This document shows, piece by piece, positions 1 through 8,637 of a DNA stretch of 64,000 nucleotides (the stretch's first letter is position 1; each line of letters begins with the position of its first letter). Position numbers and translations under genes: made by a program. The notes under the pieces were generated by a model. It saw only the letters and a list, made by a program, of their open reading frames with translations. It was not told the origin of the DNA and searched no databases. The DNA is from Bacillota bacterium (GTDB lineage: Bacteria > Bacillota > Bacilli > Paenibacillales > Paenibacillaceae): positions 2,989-66,988 of the forward strand of contig JAEWPC010000026.1 in assembly GCA_023460795.1 (NCBI GenBank). The letters are read 5' to 3'.

Positions 1-26
1 ACCAGCGAAAAAGCCATGAACCCCCC

Positions 27-56
27 TCATATTCGCCCTTTCCCCGTCGCATACTA
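27..56 (+). promoter_or_regulatory. Putative sigma-G-type forespore promoter of gerD
   Basis: TCATA-N18-CATACTA upstream of the gerD RBS; gerD is sigma-G dependent in B. subtilis. Confidence 0.4.
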
Positions 57-91
57 CGTCCATAACCCTAAGGAAGGGAGTATAGGCTTGA

Positions 92-787
92 ATGCAAACA
101 CGGTTGCTCCGCATCTGCGTAGTGTTCGGAATGGTGACGGCTCTTGCCGCATGCGGCCCTGAATCGAGCGGCAACAGCGGCGGCCAAGTCAGTTATAAAG
201 AAGTGAAATCCATGGTCATCGATATTCTCGGGTCGGAAGAGGCTCAGAAAGCGCTCGAGAAAGCGTCGACCGCCCAATACGGGGAAAGCACGCTGCAGAT
301 GAAGAGCATGACTCCCCAAGATCAGGAACAGGTTCGGATCGCGGTCAAGGACGTGCTCACGTCTCCAGGCTATACAACCGTTCTCGAGAAGCTCATGAAG
401 GATCCGAAATTTGCCGGCGAATTCGCCAAAGCGGTCAGCAAGGATAATAAACAAATTCATAAAGATTTGCTGAAGGATCCCGGGTACCAACAAGAGATGA
501 CCGATATGTTCAAAACGCCCGAAATGCAAAAAATCATAACCGATTCCATGAAATCATCGGATGTGCGTAAGCTCGTCAACTCAGCGGTTACCGAATCCAT
601 GCAAAATCCGCTATTCAAGCTTGAGATCATGAAGCTATTGCAATCGGTGGTGAAGGAAGAGCTGACTCCCGAAACGGAGAAAAAGAAATCCGGCGAAGAC
701 GGCGGGGATAAAAGCTCTGAAAGCGGAGGAGATGGAGGCGGGGGAAGCGAAGGCGGAGATGGCGGTGGCGAAGGCGGCGGACAGTAA
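92..787 (+). CDS. gerD: Spore germination lipoprotein GerD
   Basis: Lipobox LAAC; YKEVKSMVIDIL and LLKDPGYQ motifs; convergent with mrp as in Bacilli; Gly/Glu-rich tail. Confidence 0.9.
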   Translation: MQTRLLRICVVFGMVTALAACGPESSGNSGGQVSYKEVKSMVIDILGSEEAQKALEKASTAQYGESTLQMKSMTPQDQEQVRIAVKDVLTSPGYTTVLEKLMKDPKFAGEFAKAVSKDNKQIHKDLLKDPGYQQEMTDMFKTPEMQKIITDSMKSSDVRKLVNSAVTESMQNPLFKLEIMKLLQSVVKEELTPETEKKKSGEDGGDKSSESGGDGGGGSEGGDGGGEGGGQ

Positions 788-792
788 AAGTC

Positions 793-840
793 AAAAGCCT
801 CGGGAAATCCGGAATAACCGGATCTCTCGAGGCTTTTCTT
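793..840. terminator. Bidirectional intrinsic terminator between gerD and mrp
   Basis: AAAAGCCTCGGGA...TCTCGAGGCTTTT hairpin with A and T tracts on either side. Confidence 0.75.
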
Positions 841-849
841 ATGACACCT

Positions 850-1974
850 TTATTGCCCGCACTTTGCGATAACCGCATGAGCGAGTTCCAAGTAAGCTTG
901 GCCAATCTCCGTATCGGCTTTGTAAACCGACGGCGAGTAATCCGGCTCGAGCGGATGGTTGTCCGGCGCTCCGAGCGGGAATTGGGCGAGCAGGTCCGTA
1001 TGCAACGTCTCCGCCAGCTTTCCGCCGCCTCCTCTGCCGAAGATGTAATCGCGTTCGGTGAGCGAAGGATGCTGGTACCAAGACATGTTCTCGACGACGC
1101 CGATAATCTCATGGTTCGTGCGAATAGCCATCGAGCCTGCGCGGGCAGCCACGAATGCGGCCGTCGCATGCGGCGTCGTTACGATAATTTCCTTGCTCTG
1201 CGGGAGCATCTGGTGAACATCGAGCGCGATGTCGCCGGTACCCGGCGGAAGGTCGAGCAGCAAATAATCGAGCTCGCCCCACTCCACTTCCGAGAAGAAG
1301 TTGCGAAGCATCTTGCCGAGCATCGGTCCGCGCCATACGACCGGACTATTGTCTTCCACGAAAAATCCCATCGACATCACCTTAACGCCGAATCGCTCGA
1401 CCGGTTTGATTTTCTCCCCGACCTGCTCCGGCCTTACGTCGATTCCCATCATATCCGGGATGCTGAAGCCGTAAATATCGCTGTCGATAACTCCTACCCG
1501 CTTCCCGAGCCTTGCGAGAGCGACCGCTAGGTTGACCGTAACCGTCGACTTGCCCACGCCGCCTTTGCCGCTGGCGATCGCAATGAATTCAACGCCGCTC
1601 TCCGGATGCGTGAGCGACAGCTTCTCGAGTCCTGCCCCATGCCCCTTAACAGGCTGTTGCGGCGCCTTCTGGGCAGTGTCGGTAGCCTGCGATTCCTGCG
1701 TGCCCTGGACGTCCCCCTGCTCCTTCTCCGTCATCGTACGGACGCGGATGTGGGGCTGGGCGATTCCGATTCTGGCCAGCGCTTCGTGCAGTTCCTTGTT
1801 CAGAGGAGCCGTATAATGCTGAGCGTTGCTTTCAGGATGCAGCACCAACGTCAGCGAAACCGATTGGTCCTGAATGACGACGTCCCGGACGAGTCCGAGA
1901 TCGACGATGCTCCGTTTCAACGTCGGTTCGATAATGTAGTGCAGCGCCTGATTAACCTGATCCTTGGTGACCAT
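850..1974 (-). CDS. mrp: Mrp/NBP35 family ATPase (SalA/ApbC-like)
   Basis: SGKGGVGKST, WRGPML, DLPPGTGD and ENMS motifs; downstream of cwlD. Confidence 0.92.
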   Translation of the reverse strand: MVTKDQVNQALHYIIEPTLKRSIVDLGLVRDVVIQDQSVSLTLVLHPESNAQHYTAPLNKELHEALARIGIAQPHIRVRTMTEKEQGDVQGTQESQATDTAQKAPQQPVKGHGAGLEKLSLTHPESGVEFIAIASGKGGVGKSTVTVNLAVALARLGKRVGVIDSDIYGFSIPDMMGIDVRPEQVGEKIKPVERFGVKVMSMGFFVEDNSPVVWRGPMLGKMLRNFFSEVEWGELDYLLLDLPPGTGDIALDVHQMLPQSKEIIVTTPHATAAFVAARAGSMAIRTNHEIIGVVENMSWYQHPSLTERDYIFGRGGGGKLAETLHTDLLAQFPLGAPDNHPLEPDYSPSVYKADTEIGQAYLELAHAVIAKCGQ

Positions 1975-2009
1975 CGACTCGACCCCCGTATGATAAGCAT
2001 ATAAGGCTA

Positions 2010-2804
2010 TTATAGCACAGGCTCGCCCTTTTCACCTGAAGCGTAACGGAGAATGCCGCGGTAGATTGCCGTCGCTACTTTACGTTGATATTGCTGGTCG
2101 GCCAGCAGATTCGCTTCCTCCGGATTGGACAGGAACCCGACCTCCACGAGCGCGGTCGGCATCGCCAGCTGCTTCAGCAGATAGACCGTATCCGCCTTCT
2201 TGGCGATCCGGTTCGTGTTGCCGAGCGATTCGCGTATTTCCGTCTGTATGACTGTCGCGAGCCTCTGATTGTCCGGATTGGACGGGTAAAAGAAGGTTTG
2301 GGCGCCGGACCATTGCGGAGAAGGCATCGCGTTCATATGGATGCTGATCGTCAGATCGATTTTTTTGCCGCCGCTCAGCTGCTCGACTCTCTTCATCAGA
2401 TCCTGCGTCTTCCTGCGAGCCACCGCCTTCGTCTCCGGCTTGGCCAGATCGTAGTCGCCTTCGCGCGTAAGAAACGTGAGCGCGCCAGCCTGCTGCAGGT
2501 AATCGCGCAAGTACAAGACGATCGCGAGATTCAGATCCTTCTCGATCTCCCCGCTCCTAGAGACGGCTCCGCCGTCGATTCCGCCATGGCCGGCGTCCAG
2601 CGCGATGACTTTCCCCGCCAGCGGCGTGGACCAATGGCTCCACGTGCGGGAAGTCGGCATCTCGCTTAAGAACGCCGTTCCGGTCACCATGACGAGCAAG
2701 GCGACGATGCCGATCCGAATCCAACCCCGACGCGTCATCCAGACGACCAGCCGCTTGCGCGTTATTCTTTCCCACAGCTTCGAGCTTTGTTCTTTATACA
2801 CCAA
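2010..2804 (-). CDS. cwlD: Germination-specific N-acetylmuramoyl-L-alanine amidase CwlD
   Basis: LDAGHGGIDGGA, SIHMNA, GAQTFF and LVEVGFLSN amidase_3 motifs; N-terminal TM segment; synteny. Exact start uncertain. Confidence 0.9.
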   Translation of the reverse strand: MVYKEQSSKLWERITRKRLVVWMTRRGWIRIGIVALLVMVTGTAFLSEMPTSRTWSHWSTPLAGKVIALDAGHGGIDGGAVSRSGEIEKDLNLAIVLYLRDYLQQAGALTFLTREGDYDLAKPETKAVARRKTQDLMKRVEQLSGGKKIDLTISIHMNAMPSPQWSGAQTFFYPSNPDNQRLATVIQTEIRESLGNTNRIAKKADTVYLLKQLAMPTALVEVGFLSNPEEANLLADQQYQRKVATAIYRGILRYASGEKGEPVL

Positions 2805-2835
2805 AAATCCACCTCGTCCCAGGGAAACTCCCTAC

Positions 2836-2864
2836 ATCTTATGGGACAAGGCGGATTTTTATGA
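2836..2864 (-). promoter_or_regulatory. Putative sigma-E-type promoter of cwlD
   Basis: Minus strand TCATAAA-N14-CATAAGAT, resembling the sigma-E consensus. Confidence 0.5.
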
Positions 2865-2869
2865 GTGGC

Positions 2870-4474
2870 TTATCCTTTATCTCGCACGAGAATATTGCGG
2901 TACTTGCCGAAGCTTACGGTCGTTTCGTTGCCTACTTCTAATCCGTTCAGATCAAGCAGAGGCAATTCCGGATTGCGAGGGCCGAAGCCTGCGAATCTGC
3001 CGCCGCGGATATTCGCGAAGCCTGCATCCGACTGCAGGTCGAAGTCGGAAGGATAGGCGCATTGATCGCTTTCCAGAGGCAGCGCGTCGCCTTTGTTGAA
3101 CGTAGCGGCCGGATGCTTGTGCCGCAGCACCATATTCACGTCCGGCTCATACCAGAAGCTGTCGAACAGATTCACTTGCTGCTTGGCATCGCCGTCCTGC
3201 AGGAACACGCCGTCCTGATTCTCGTCTCCTACGGATACGACTACGCCGCACGCTGCCGTGGCATGCGTGACGCGGTCGATCAGAATCAGCGCGCCCATCG
3301 TTTTGTGTTGCAGGAACTCATCGACGACGAGCGGCTCGGACACGACGATATCGCAGCTGACCAGCTCGTTCTTGACTGCGGTAGCGGTCGGAATCAAGCT
3401 GCCGTTATTGACGTCTACCTTATGGTGCAAATCCGTCACTACGGCCGGCAGCATCTTCGTGCCTAGCTTAATCCAGTATTCTTTGCTCGGAACGAGCTGT
3501 TGTTCATCCATCCACAACAACGTCGTCGTAAAAGTGGTCGAGGTTTGCAAGCTTGCATCCTTGGACAGCACGCAGCCGCGCGAAACGTCGACTTCGCGAT
3601 CCAGCTGAATCGTGACAGGCTGCCCGGAGACGGCGCCGTCCACCTTCTTCTCTCCGATGTGAACGGACTTCACGATCGCCGTTTCGCCGCTTGGCAGAAT
3701 CGTCAGCGTATCGCCGACCTTAACTTGACCTGCCTCAATCTGTCCTTGGAAGCCGCGGAAGCTGTGATCCGGACGACTCACCCGCTGAACCGGCATGTAG
3801 AAGCCCACCTCGGCAGTGTCCGTGGAAATATCCACCGTCTCTAGATGCTCCAGCAATGTCGGACCGTCGTACCATTCCATATGGGCAGAACGCTTCGTTA
3901 CGTTATCGCCCTCGGTAGCCGAGACCGGAATGATCACCGTATCTTCCAGACGAAGCTCGTTGCGAAGCAGCTGAATATCCTCCGCAATGTTCAGGAACCG
4001 CGTTTGGTCGTAGCCCACGAGATCGATTTTGTTCACCGCGAAGATAAAATGCTTAATTCCCATCAACGCGCAAATCCGGGCGTGGCGGCGAGTTTGCACC
4101 AGAACTCCCTGTTTGGCATCGATCAGGATGATAGCTAGATCTGCAAAGGCTGCGCCAACGGCCATATTACGGGTGTACTCTTCATGTCCCGGCGTATCGG
4201 CAACGATAAAGCTGCGCCGATCGGTGTTGAAGTAGCGGTAAGCCACGTCGATCGTAATCCCCTGCTCGCGCTCGGCCATCAGACCGTCCAGCAGCAGCGA
4301 ATAGTCGATCGATCCGCCCCTGCTGCCAACCTGACTGTCCAGCATAAGGGCTTGCTCTTGGTCGGCGTACAGCATCTTGGAGTCGTATAGAATATGCCCG
4401 ATCAGCGTTGACTTGCCGTCGTCCACGCTGCCGCAAGTAATAAATTTAAGAAGACCGCTCTCTGGTTGACTCAT
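2870..4474 (-). CDS. cysN: Sulfate adenylyltransferase large (GTPase) subunit with about 115-aa unrecognised C-terminal extension
   Basis: CGSVDDGKSTLIG, AEREQGITIDVAYRYF, DTPGH and NKID motifs; no APS-kinase P-loop in the tail. Confidence 0.93.
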   Translation of the reverse strand: MSQPESGLLKFITCGSVDDGKSTLIGHILYDSKMLYADQEQALMLDSQVGSRGGSIDYSLLLDGLMAEREQGITIDVAYRYFNTDRRSFIVADTPGHEEYTRNMAVGAAFADLAIILIDAKQGVLVQTRRHARICALMGIKHFIFAVNKIDLVGYDQTRFLNIAEDIQLLRNELRLEDTVIIPVSATEGDNVTKRSAHMEWYDGPTLLEHLETVDISTDTAEVGFYMPVQRVSRPDHSFRGFQGQIEAGQVKVGDTLTILPSGETAIVKSVHIGEKKVDGAVSGQPVTIQLDREVDVSRGCVLSKDASLQTSTTFTTTLLWMDEQQLVPSKEYWIKLGTKMLPAVVTDLHHKVDVNNGSLIPTATAVKNELVSCDIVVSEPLVVDEFLQHKTMGALILIDRVTHATAACGVVVSVGDENQDGVFLQDGDAKQQVNLFDSFWYEPDVNMVLRHKHPAATFNKGDALPLESDQCAYPSDFDLQSDAGFANIRGGRFAGFGPRNPELPLLDLNGLEVGNETTVSFGKYRNILVRDKG

Positions 4475-5370
4475 TAGAAATACCCCTCCCGTTTGCGCCG
4501 CTCCATGCTGCCTGCCGCTTCCTTGTCGATGACGCGGCTGGTCCGTTCGGAGGTCGTTGCGGACAGCGTCTCTGCGATGACCTCATCCAGCGTATCGGCA
4601 TCCGACTCGATCCCGCCCGTGAGAGGGTAACAGCCTAACGTACGGAAACGCACTTTCTTCATCTCGGGAGTTTCTCCCGGCAGCATCCGCATACGATCAT
4701 CGTCCACCATAATAATATTGCCGTCGCGATAGACGACCGGACGCTCCGCCGCGAAATACAGCGGGACGATCTCGATATTCTCGCGCTGGATATATTGCCA
4801 GATGTCCTTCTCCGTCCAGTTGGAGATCGGGAATACGCGCATGCTTTCTCCCTTATGGATACGGGTATTATAGAGCTTCCACATCTCGGGACGTTGGTTC
4901 TTAGGATCCCAAGTATGCTGTTCGTTCCGGAACGAGAAGATCCGTTCCTTGGCGCGAGACTTCTCTTCGTCGCGTCGTCCGCCTCCGAAAGCGGCGGTGA
5001 ACTGATATTTCGTCAGGGCTTCTTTGAGCGCCTGCGTCTTCATAATGTCCGTATATGCTGAACCGTGATCGAACGGATTAATACCCTGAGCAATGGCAGC
5101 TTCGTTGCGGTGAGTGATCAGGTCGACGCCAAGCTCCTTCGTTTTACGGTTACAGAACTCATTCATTTCGCGGAATTTCCAACCCGTATCGATTCGAAGC
5201 AGCGGGAATGGCGGCTTCTCGGGGTAGAAAGCTTTCAACGCTAGATGAAGCATGACCGAAGAATCCTTACCGATCGAATAGAGCATAACCGGGCGCTCGC
5301 ATTCGGCGGCAACCTCACGGAAAATGTAGATCGCCTCTGCCTCGAGCTTATCTAAGTGTGTCAGTGACAA
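4474..5370 (-). CDS. cysD: Sulfate adenylyltransferase small subunit
   Basis: [32 protein letters not shown] and KREGYF motifs; TTG start after AGGAGTGA; stop overlaps the cysN start. Confidence 0.95.
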   Translation of the reverse strand: MSLTHLDKLEAEAIYIFREVAAECERPVMLYSIGKDSSVMLHLALKAFYPEKPPFPLLRIDTGWKFREMNEFCNRKTKELGVDLITHRNEAAIAQGINPFDHGSAYTDIMKTQALKEALTKYQFTAAFGGGRRDEEKSRAKERIFSFRNEQHTWDPKNQRPEMWKLYNTRIHKGESMRVFPISNWTEKDIWQYIQRENIEIVPLYFAAERPVVYRDGNIIMVDDDRMRMLPGETPEMKKVRFRTLGCYPLTGGIESDADTLDEVIAETLSATTSERTSRVIDKEAAGSMERRKREGYF

Positions 5371-5457
5371 GCGTATCACTCCTATATTGCCAATTATGAA
5401 TCAGCACAATGTTCATCTAAGTATATGTATTTTTGACCGGGGTGACCAGCATTGATT

Positions 5458-5528
5458 ACGCAAACGTTTCACTTAATATTCTTCGCAAAATTTGCGTGGG
5501 TTTTGCGTAAATTCGCTTTGATTTTGCG
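5458..5528. promoter_or_regulatory. Candidate LacI-family operator cluster in the divergent cysD/lacI intergenic region
   Basis: ACGCAAACGTTTCAC (5458-5472), palindrome CGCAAAATTTGCG (5484-5496) and further TTTGCG half-sites at 5502 and 5523. Confidence 0.5.
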
Positions 5529-5581
5529 CTAGAACCGGCTATCATATCTTATAAACAAGCAGGAACGTAGGGGGCTGTCCG

Positions 5582-6604
5582 ATGACTCTAAAGCAAATCG
5601 CTAATATGGCCGGCGTATCCATCTCAACCGTATCGCGTATTCTGAACTCCCCTGACAATAGCTTCGCTACCAAAGAAGTTCGCGATAAGGTGTGGAAGTG
5701 TGCGAGAGATATCGGCTACGTACCGGATCGGAATGCCAGAGAGCTCAAGCTTGGCAAGAGTACGCTCCGTAAGTCGTCCCCTCCCTCCATCTCGTGCATC
5801 TTGGGACGAACCAAACAATTGGATGACGATCCGTTCTTCGCGCAGATGTCGCGTGCCATCGAACAACAGGCATTGGAGCTGGGGTATGCCGTTCGTCATT
5901 CCTATTCGCTCTTCGATATCGAAACCGATACGTTGCTTGATCAGATCGAATCGTCACATACGGACGCCGCGATCATATTAGGCCGGTTCAGTAACGACAG
6001 CATGAGCTTCCTCGAGAAGCATTATAAGAATCTAGTCTATGTTGGGCGCAATATCATTCCCGCCAGCTGCGACCAGGTCATATGCGACGGGTATGAAGCG
6101 ACGGAAATTGCGATGCAACATCTGATGGCGAATGGACACAAGCGGATCGGATATATAGGCGAGACGGTCAACGAGGTCAGATATGAAGCGTATCGCGATA
6201 TCCTCCGCAAATCCGGTCTGGAATGGTCCGATCAATGGGTGAGTAACTGCCCGCAGAACGGTCCCGGCGGCTACCAAGGTGCCGAGGAGCTATTGGCGAA
6301 AGCCTCCCCGCTGCCGTCTGCGGTATTCTGCGCTACCGACATTGCGGCGATAGCCGCGCTGCGGCGATTCTCGGAGGCTAAAATCAAAGTGCCTGAGCAA
6401 TTGTCGATTATTAGCATGGACAATATCGAGCTGTCCGGTTACGTATCTCCGATGCTTACGACGGTGGAAATGCCCATTGTCGAGATGGGGAAATGGGCGG
6501 TTCAGCTCTTGATCGATCGTCTGAACAAGCGTCACAAGCTGCCGGCCAGAGTACTGTTGCCGAACAAGCTGGTTATTCGAGAAAGCGTCGCCAAGATGAA
6601 CTGA
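5582..6604 (+). CDS. LacI/GalR family transcriptional regulator
   Basis: N-terminal HTH TLKQIANMAGVSISTVSRILN; GHKRIGYIG and VSPMLTTV in the ligand-binding domain. Confidence 0.93.
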   Translation: MTLKQIANMAGVSISTVSRILNSPDNSFATKEVRDKVWKCARDIGYVPDRNARELKLGKSTLRKSSPPSISCILGRTKQLDDDPFFAQMSRAIEQQALELGYAVRHSYSLFDIETDTLLDQIESSHTDAAIILGRFSNDSMSFLEKHYKNLVYVGRNIIPASCDQVICDGYEATEIAMQHLMANGHKRIGYIGETVNEVRYEAYRDILRKSGLEWSDQWVSNCPQNGPGGYQGAEELLAKASPLPSAVFCATDIAAIAALRRFSEAKIKVPEQLSIISMDNIELSGYVSPMLTTVEMPIVEMGKWAVQLLIDRLNKRHKLPARVLLPNKLVIRESVAKMN

Positions 6605-6678
6605 GAGGCTAGAACGCAAATCGGCCGTTCGAAGCGCCACAAGGCACTCTGAACGGCCGAAGCTGTGTTCTAGTCTTC
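6605..6678. terminator. Long hairpin filling the convergent lacI/cysH intergenic region
   Basis: CTAGAAC...TCGGCCGTTC / GAACGGCCGA...GTTCTAG nested inverted repeats. Confidence 0.55.
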
Positions 6679-7377
6679 TTATTTGTGCAGACCGCACTCC
6701 GTCTTCTCATTACCCGCCCAGCGTCCCGCGCGCGGGTCTTCTCCCGGCATGACCGGTCGCGTGCAATGCTCGCAGCCGATGCTCGGATAGTTCTGATCGT
6801 GCAGAGGGTTGTAAGGTACGTTGTTCTCGCGGATATAGTTCCAGACGTCTTCGGACGTCCAGGATGCGATCGGATTGAACTTCACGAGGCCGAACTTCAC
6901 GTCGTACTCGATCTTCTTCGCGTTAGCGCGGGTTGGCGCCTGGTCGCGGCGAATGCCCGTGATCCACGCTTCATAGCGGCCCAATACGCGCGTGAGCGGC
7001 TCGACCTTGCGAATGTTACAGCAAGACGTCGGATCGCTCTTCCACAGTTCGTCGCCATGTTCCGCAGCCTGCTCTTCCGGCGTGATCAACGGCTTCATCT
7101 CTACGAATTTCAAGCCGTATCTCTCGATCAGCTTATCGCGTGTTTCATACGTTTCTTTAAAGTGAAAATCGGTATCGAGGTAGAAAATATCGGTTGTCGG
7201 GCTCACCTTCTGCAGCATATCGACAAGTACGACGTCTTCCGCGCCGAAGCTGCAAGCGAACGTAATATTCGGGAACGCCTCAACCGCCCATTTAATAATC
7301 GCTTCCGGCGTTTCATTCTCCAGTTCGACTTCCATCTTACGGATTAGAGCTTCTTTTTCAAGCAAGTTCATAACCAT
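6679..7377 (-). CDS. cysH: APS/PAPS reductase (Fe-S type)
   Basis: SFGAED, CCNIRK, YPSIGCEHCT and ECGLH motifs; start may be 7371. Confidence 0.93.
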   Translation of the reverse strand: MVMNLLEKEALIRKMEVELENETPEAIIKWAVEAFPNITFACSFGAEDVVLVDMLQKVSPTTDIFYLDTDFHFKETYETRDKLIERYGLKFVEMKPLITPEEQAAEHGDELWKSDPTSCCNIRKVEPLTRVLGRYEAWITGIRRDQAPTRANAKKIEYDVKFGLVKFNPIASWTSEDVWNYIRENNVPYNPLHDQNYPSIGCEHCTRPVMPGEDPRAGRWAGNEKTECGLHK

Positions 7378-7389
7378 GACCCTCCCATA

Positions 7390-7445
7390 TAAACCCGAGT
7401 GAGTTTATCTGAATTGATTATACGACTTCGCGCACGTTAGTTCAA
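7390..7445 (-). promoter_or_regulatory. Sigma-A promoter of cysH with downstream CymR-box-like site
   Basis: TTGAAC-N17-TATAAT (7445-7417) followed by AATTCAGATAAACTCACTCGGGTTTA (7415-7390). Confidence 0.6.
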
Positions 7446-7494
7446 TGAGAATAAAATGTAGAAGCGTCCGTACCCATCCTATGCCCAAGGACGC

Positions 7495-7526
7495 AAAAAT
7501 GCCTTTCCCCGAATGGAGAAAGGCAT
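7495..7526 (-). terminator. Intrinsic terminator after rpsI
   Basis: ATGCCTTTCTCC-ATTC-GGGGAAAGGCAT followed by a T tract on the minus strand. Confidence 0.75.
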
Positions 7527-7534
7527 CGTACGAA

Positions 7535-7927
7535 TTAACGTTTGGAGAACTGAGGCGCGCGACGAGCGGCTTTCAAGCCGTATTTCTTACGTTCTTTCAT
7601 GCGTGGGTCGCGAGTCAGGAATCCTGCTTTCTTAAGAGCGGAGCGAAGTTCTGGATCCGCTTTGAGCAACGCACGGGAGATACCGTGACGGATTGCGCCA
7701 GCTTGGCCGGAAGTACCGCCGCCATGAGCGAGGATGTGGATATCGTATTTATTGACCGTCTCGGTCAGGTTAAGCGGTTGTTTAACGATCAGCTTCAACG
7801 TTTCGAGGTCGAAGTAGTCGTTAATTTCGCGTTTGTTGATAACGATGCGGCCTTCACCCGGCACGAGGCGAACTCGCGCAACGGAGTGCTTCCGGCGACC
7901 CGTTCCAATGTATTGTGCTTGAGCCAT
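7535..7927 (-). CDS. rpsI: 30S ribosomal protein S9
   Basis: GTGRRK start and RRAPQFSKR end. Confidence 0.98.
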   Translation of the reverse strand: MAQAQYIGTGRRKHSVARVRLVPGEGRIVINKREINDYFDLETLKLIVKQPLNLTETVNKYDIHILAHGGGTSGQAGAIRHGISRALLKADPELRSALKKAGFLTRDPRMKERKKYGLKAARRAPQFSKR

Positions 7928-7944
7928 TCGTAAGTCCTCCCTTT

Positions 7945-8382
7945 TTATCCGCGAAGTTCGTAAACTTCAGGTTGTTGTGCTGCATGTGGATGCTCGGCGC
8001 CAGCGTATACTTTAAGCTTGCCTTGCAGTTGGTGGCCGAGTTTGTTGTGCGGAAGCATGCCCTTAACGGCAAGTTCAATGATACGAGCAGGCTTCTTGTT
8101 CAGCATCTCTTGAGCAGTCGTCGTCTTCAAACCGCCTGGATAGTGAGAGTGCGTGTAGTATTTCTTCTGTTGGAGCTTCTTGCCCGTCAATACGATCTTG
8201 TCGGCATTGATTACGACGACGAAGTCGCCCGTGTCGACATGAGGGGTAAATTCAGGTTTGTGTTTGCCGCGGATAAGAGCAGCAACTTCGCTTGCGAGAC
8301 GACCGAGCGTTTGGCCAGCCGCGTCGACTACAAGCCATTTGCGCTCGACTTGGTTCGTCTTAGCCATGTAAGTGGTACGCAT
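7945..8382 (-). CDS. rplM: 50S ribosomal protein L13
   Basis: [15 protein letters not shown] and HPHAAQQP motifs. Confidence 0.98.
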   Translation of the reverse strand: MRTTYMAKTNQVERKWLVVDAAGQTLGRLASEVAALIRGKHKPEFTPHVDTGDFVVVINADKIVLTGKKLQQKKYYTHSHYPGGLKTTTAQEMLNKKPARIIELAVKGMLPHNKLGHQLQGKLKVYAGAEHPHAAQQPEVYELRG

Positions 8383-8394
8383 GAAAGTTCCTCC

Positions 8395-8625
8395 TTCGGG
8401 GATTTTGCGTTCTGGTCCCTGCTTGTATGTGATCCATCAGTTCCGTCTAATTCGTTTCATTAGTTGTGTTCTTGAAATTTCGCCGGCGCATGATCGATAC
8501 TCTGATCTAGGGAGTAACCGATGTCTCATACACAGCAAAACAGCGTGACTATTCTTCACTGGGGCCGTGGGTAGCCATGAAGAAAGCACAAAATATATTG
8601 TACATGATATGGGCGATATGCGCAA
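8395..8625 (-). promoter_or_regulatory. rplM promoter and long 5' leader (probable L13 leader)
   Basis: TTGCGC-N17-TACAAT (8625-8597); leader contains ACCCACGGCCCC, resembling Firmicutes rplM leaders. Confidence 0.5.
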
Positions 8626-8637
8626 GCGATAATTTAT

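Noticed and set aside
1..30. Start of a minus-strand gene (possibly kbaA) at the window edge
   Set aside because: Only an RBS and five codons are visible, too little to call
690..787. GGC/GGA-rich repeat at the end of gerD
   Set aside because: Ordinary low-complexity Gly/Glu tail within the coding sequence
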